Below, one piece after another: positions 63,097 to 64,000 of a DNA stretch of 64,000 nucleotides (positions are counted from its first letter, which is position 1; every line of letters starts with the position of its first letter). The position numbers and the translations under genes are program-made. The notes under the pieces were generated by a model. The model was not told where the DNA came from and made no database searches. It was given only the letters and a program-made list of their open reading frames with translations. The stretch comes from Lingula anatina (taxonomy: Eukaryota > Animalia > Brachiopoda). Where the stretch lies: positions 11,470,001 to 11,534,000 of the forward strand of contig CM120645.1 of the NCBI GenBank assembly GCA_051362555.1, read 5' to 3'.

Positions 63097-64000
63097 TACA
63101 TTAAAGAAGGGGGGGGTTAGGATTTGGGGGGAAAAAGCAAGGAAATATTTAGAAAAGTAGTTTCACAAGGCCATACACCACAGCTTAATTGATGTCTGAA
63201 GGGTCTAGAATGATCCTAGTAATCTGCAGAAATGTGATACTAATGCTGAATGTGTGTTGGGATATTCAATTTAAAGTTTTGTAATTGTGTTAGGTCTACC
63301 CTGAGATGGGTTAAAAGTGACAGCAATGTGTCATTGGCACTCCATAACTGCAGTCTGATTGATGAGAGGCATACAAGTTATGGTTGAAAAACTCTTGTTA
63401 TGTCACTCATAGGGTTCCTTGGCTGGAAATGTTTTAAGACATATATATTTATTCCTCTTCAAAATAAGTGGAAAATTAAGTGAAAAGATACATTTTTCAC
63501 TATGTTGACAATTACGTCATGAACATAGTGGCGATAGGGAGTCACCCAAATGACCTGTTATGAGTACGTCGATCGCAAACCGCGTGTAGGTACGAATAGA
63601 GCACAGTTGGAAATGATGTAATTATTAAAGGTGTTAAAAGAAACAGGCTGTGGATATTTATCAGTCTTTGTTGTCCAAGCTCATGTTCTGCTCTGCTTGC
63701 TCATCTAAGACTTTTAACATTGACGAAATCTCTCATTTGCTTTCACCCACAAACCACCAGGTGAATGGAGAAAAAAATGAACAAAGTCAAAGTCACCAAA
63801 AAGATCAATTGCTCTGTTGCTAGAAATATGGTGCTATTATTATCCCAGAAACAAATACATAAAAGCATATATTTATGTCACACAGTGTTAAAGCAATTCA
63901 AGGAGAACAGCATTTTTCCCTCCCCCCCCCCCACCTTTTTTTTGCATTAAAAGACTCCAATTACCCCACATCCAGAGTAGATCATGTTAGAGATATGCTT

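Overview
AT-rich, intron-containing animal genomic DNA, most likely from a marine invertebrate such as a lophotrochozoan (inferred from gene and repeat families only). Most short ORFs in the track are spurious, so gene models were rebuilt by hand from GT-AG splice sites and reading frame. In order: (1) the 3' part of a group I PAK kinase (+); (2) a tandem array of three intact and one collapsed 5-exon secreted-protein genes (-), each with signal peptide, angiopoietin-like Cys motif, coiled coil and a CASPR/neurexin IV-type fibrinogen-like domain; (3) SEC13 (-), head-to-head with (4) an NLR-like gene encoding a DZIP3-type HEPN domain with an intact RxxxxH motif fused to a NACHT ATPase (+), with an IRF-element match near its inferred promoter; (5) two intronless NXPE/PC-esterase-like genes and one pseudogene (-); (6) NDUFA5 (-), head-to-head with (7) a membrane-anchored ZZ-zinc-finger/EF-hand protein (+). 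Two 3.6-3.9 kb Helentron/HINE-like elements carrying ~161 bp satellite arrays lie in inverted orientation in introns of SEC13 and the NLR gene. There are also many MITEs, a LINE fragment and minisatellites. The best candidates for an undescribed system are the HEPN-NACHT receptor and the diversifying secreted fibrinogen-like array. All family assignments come from motif recognition; no database search was run.
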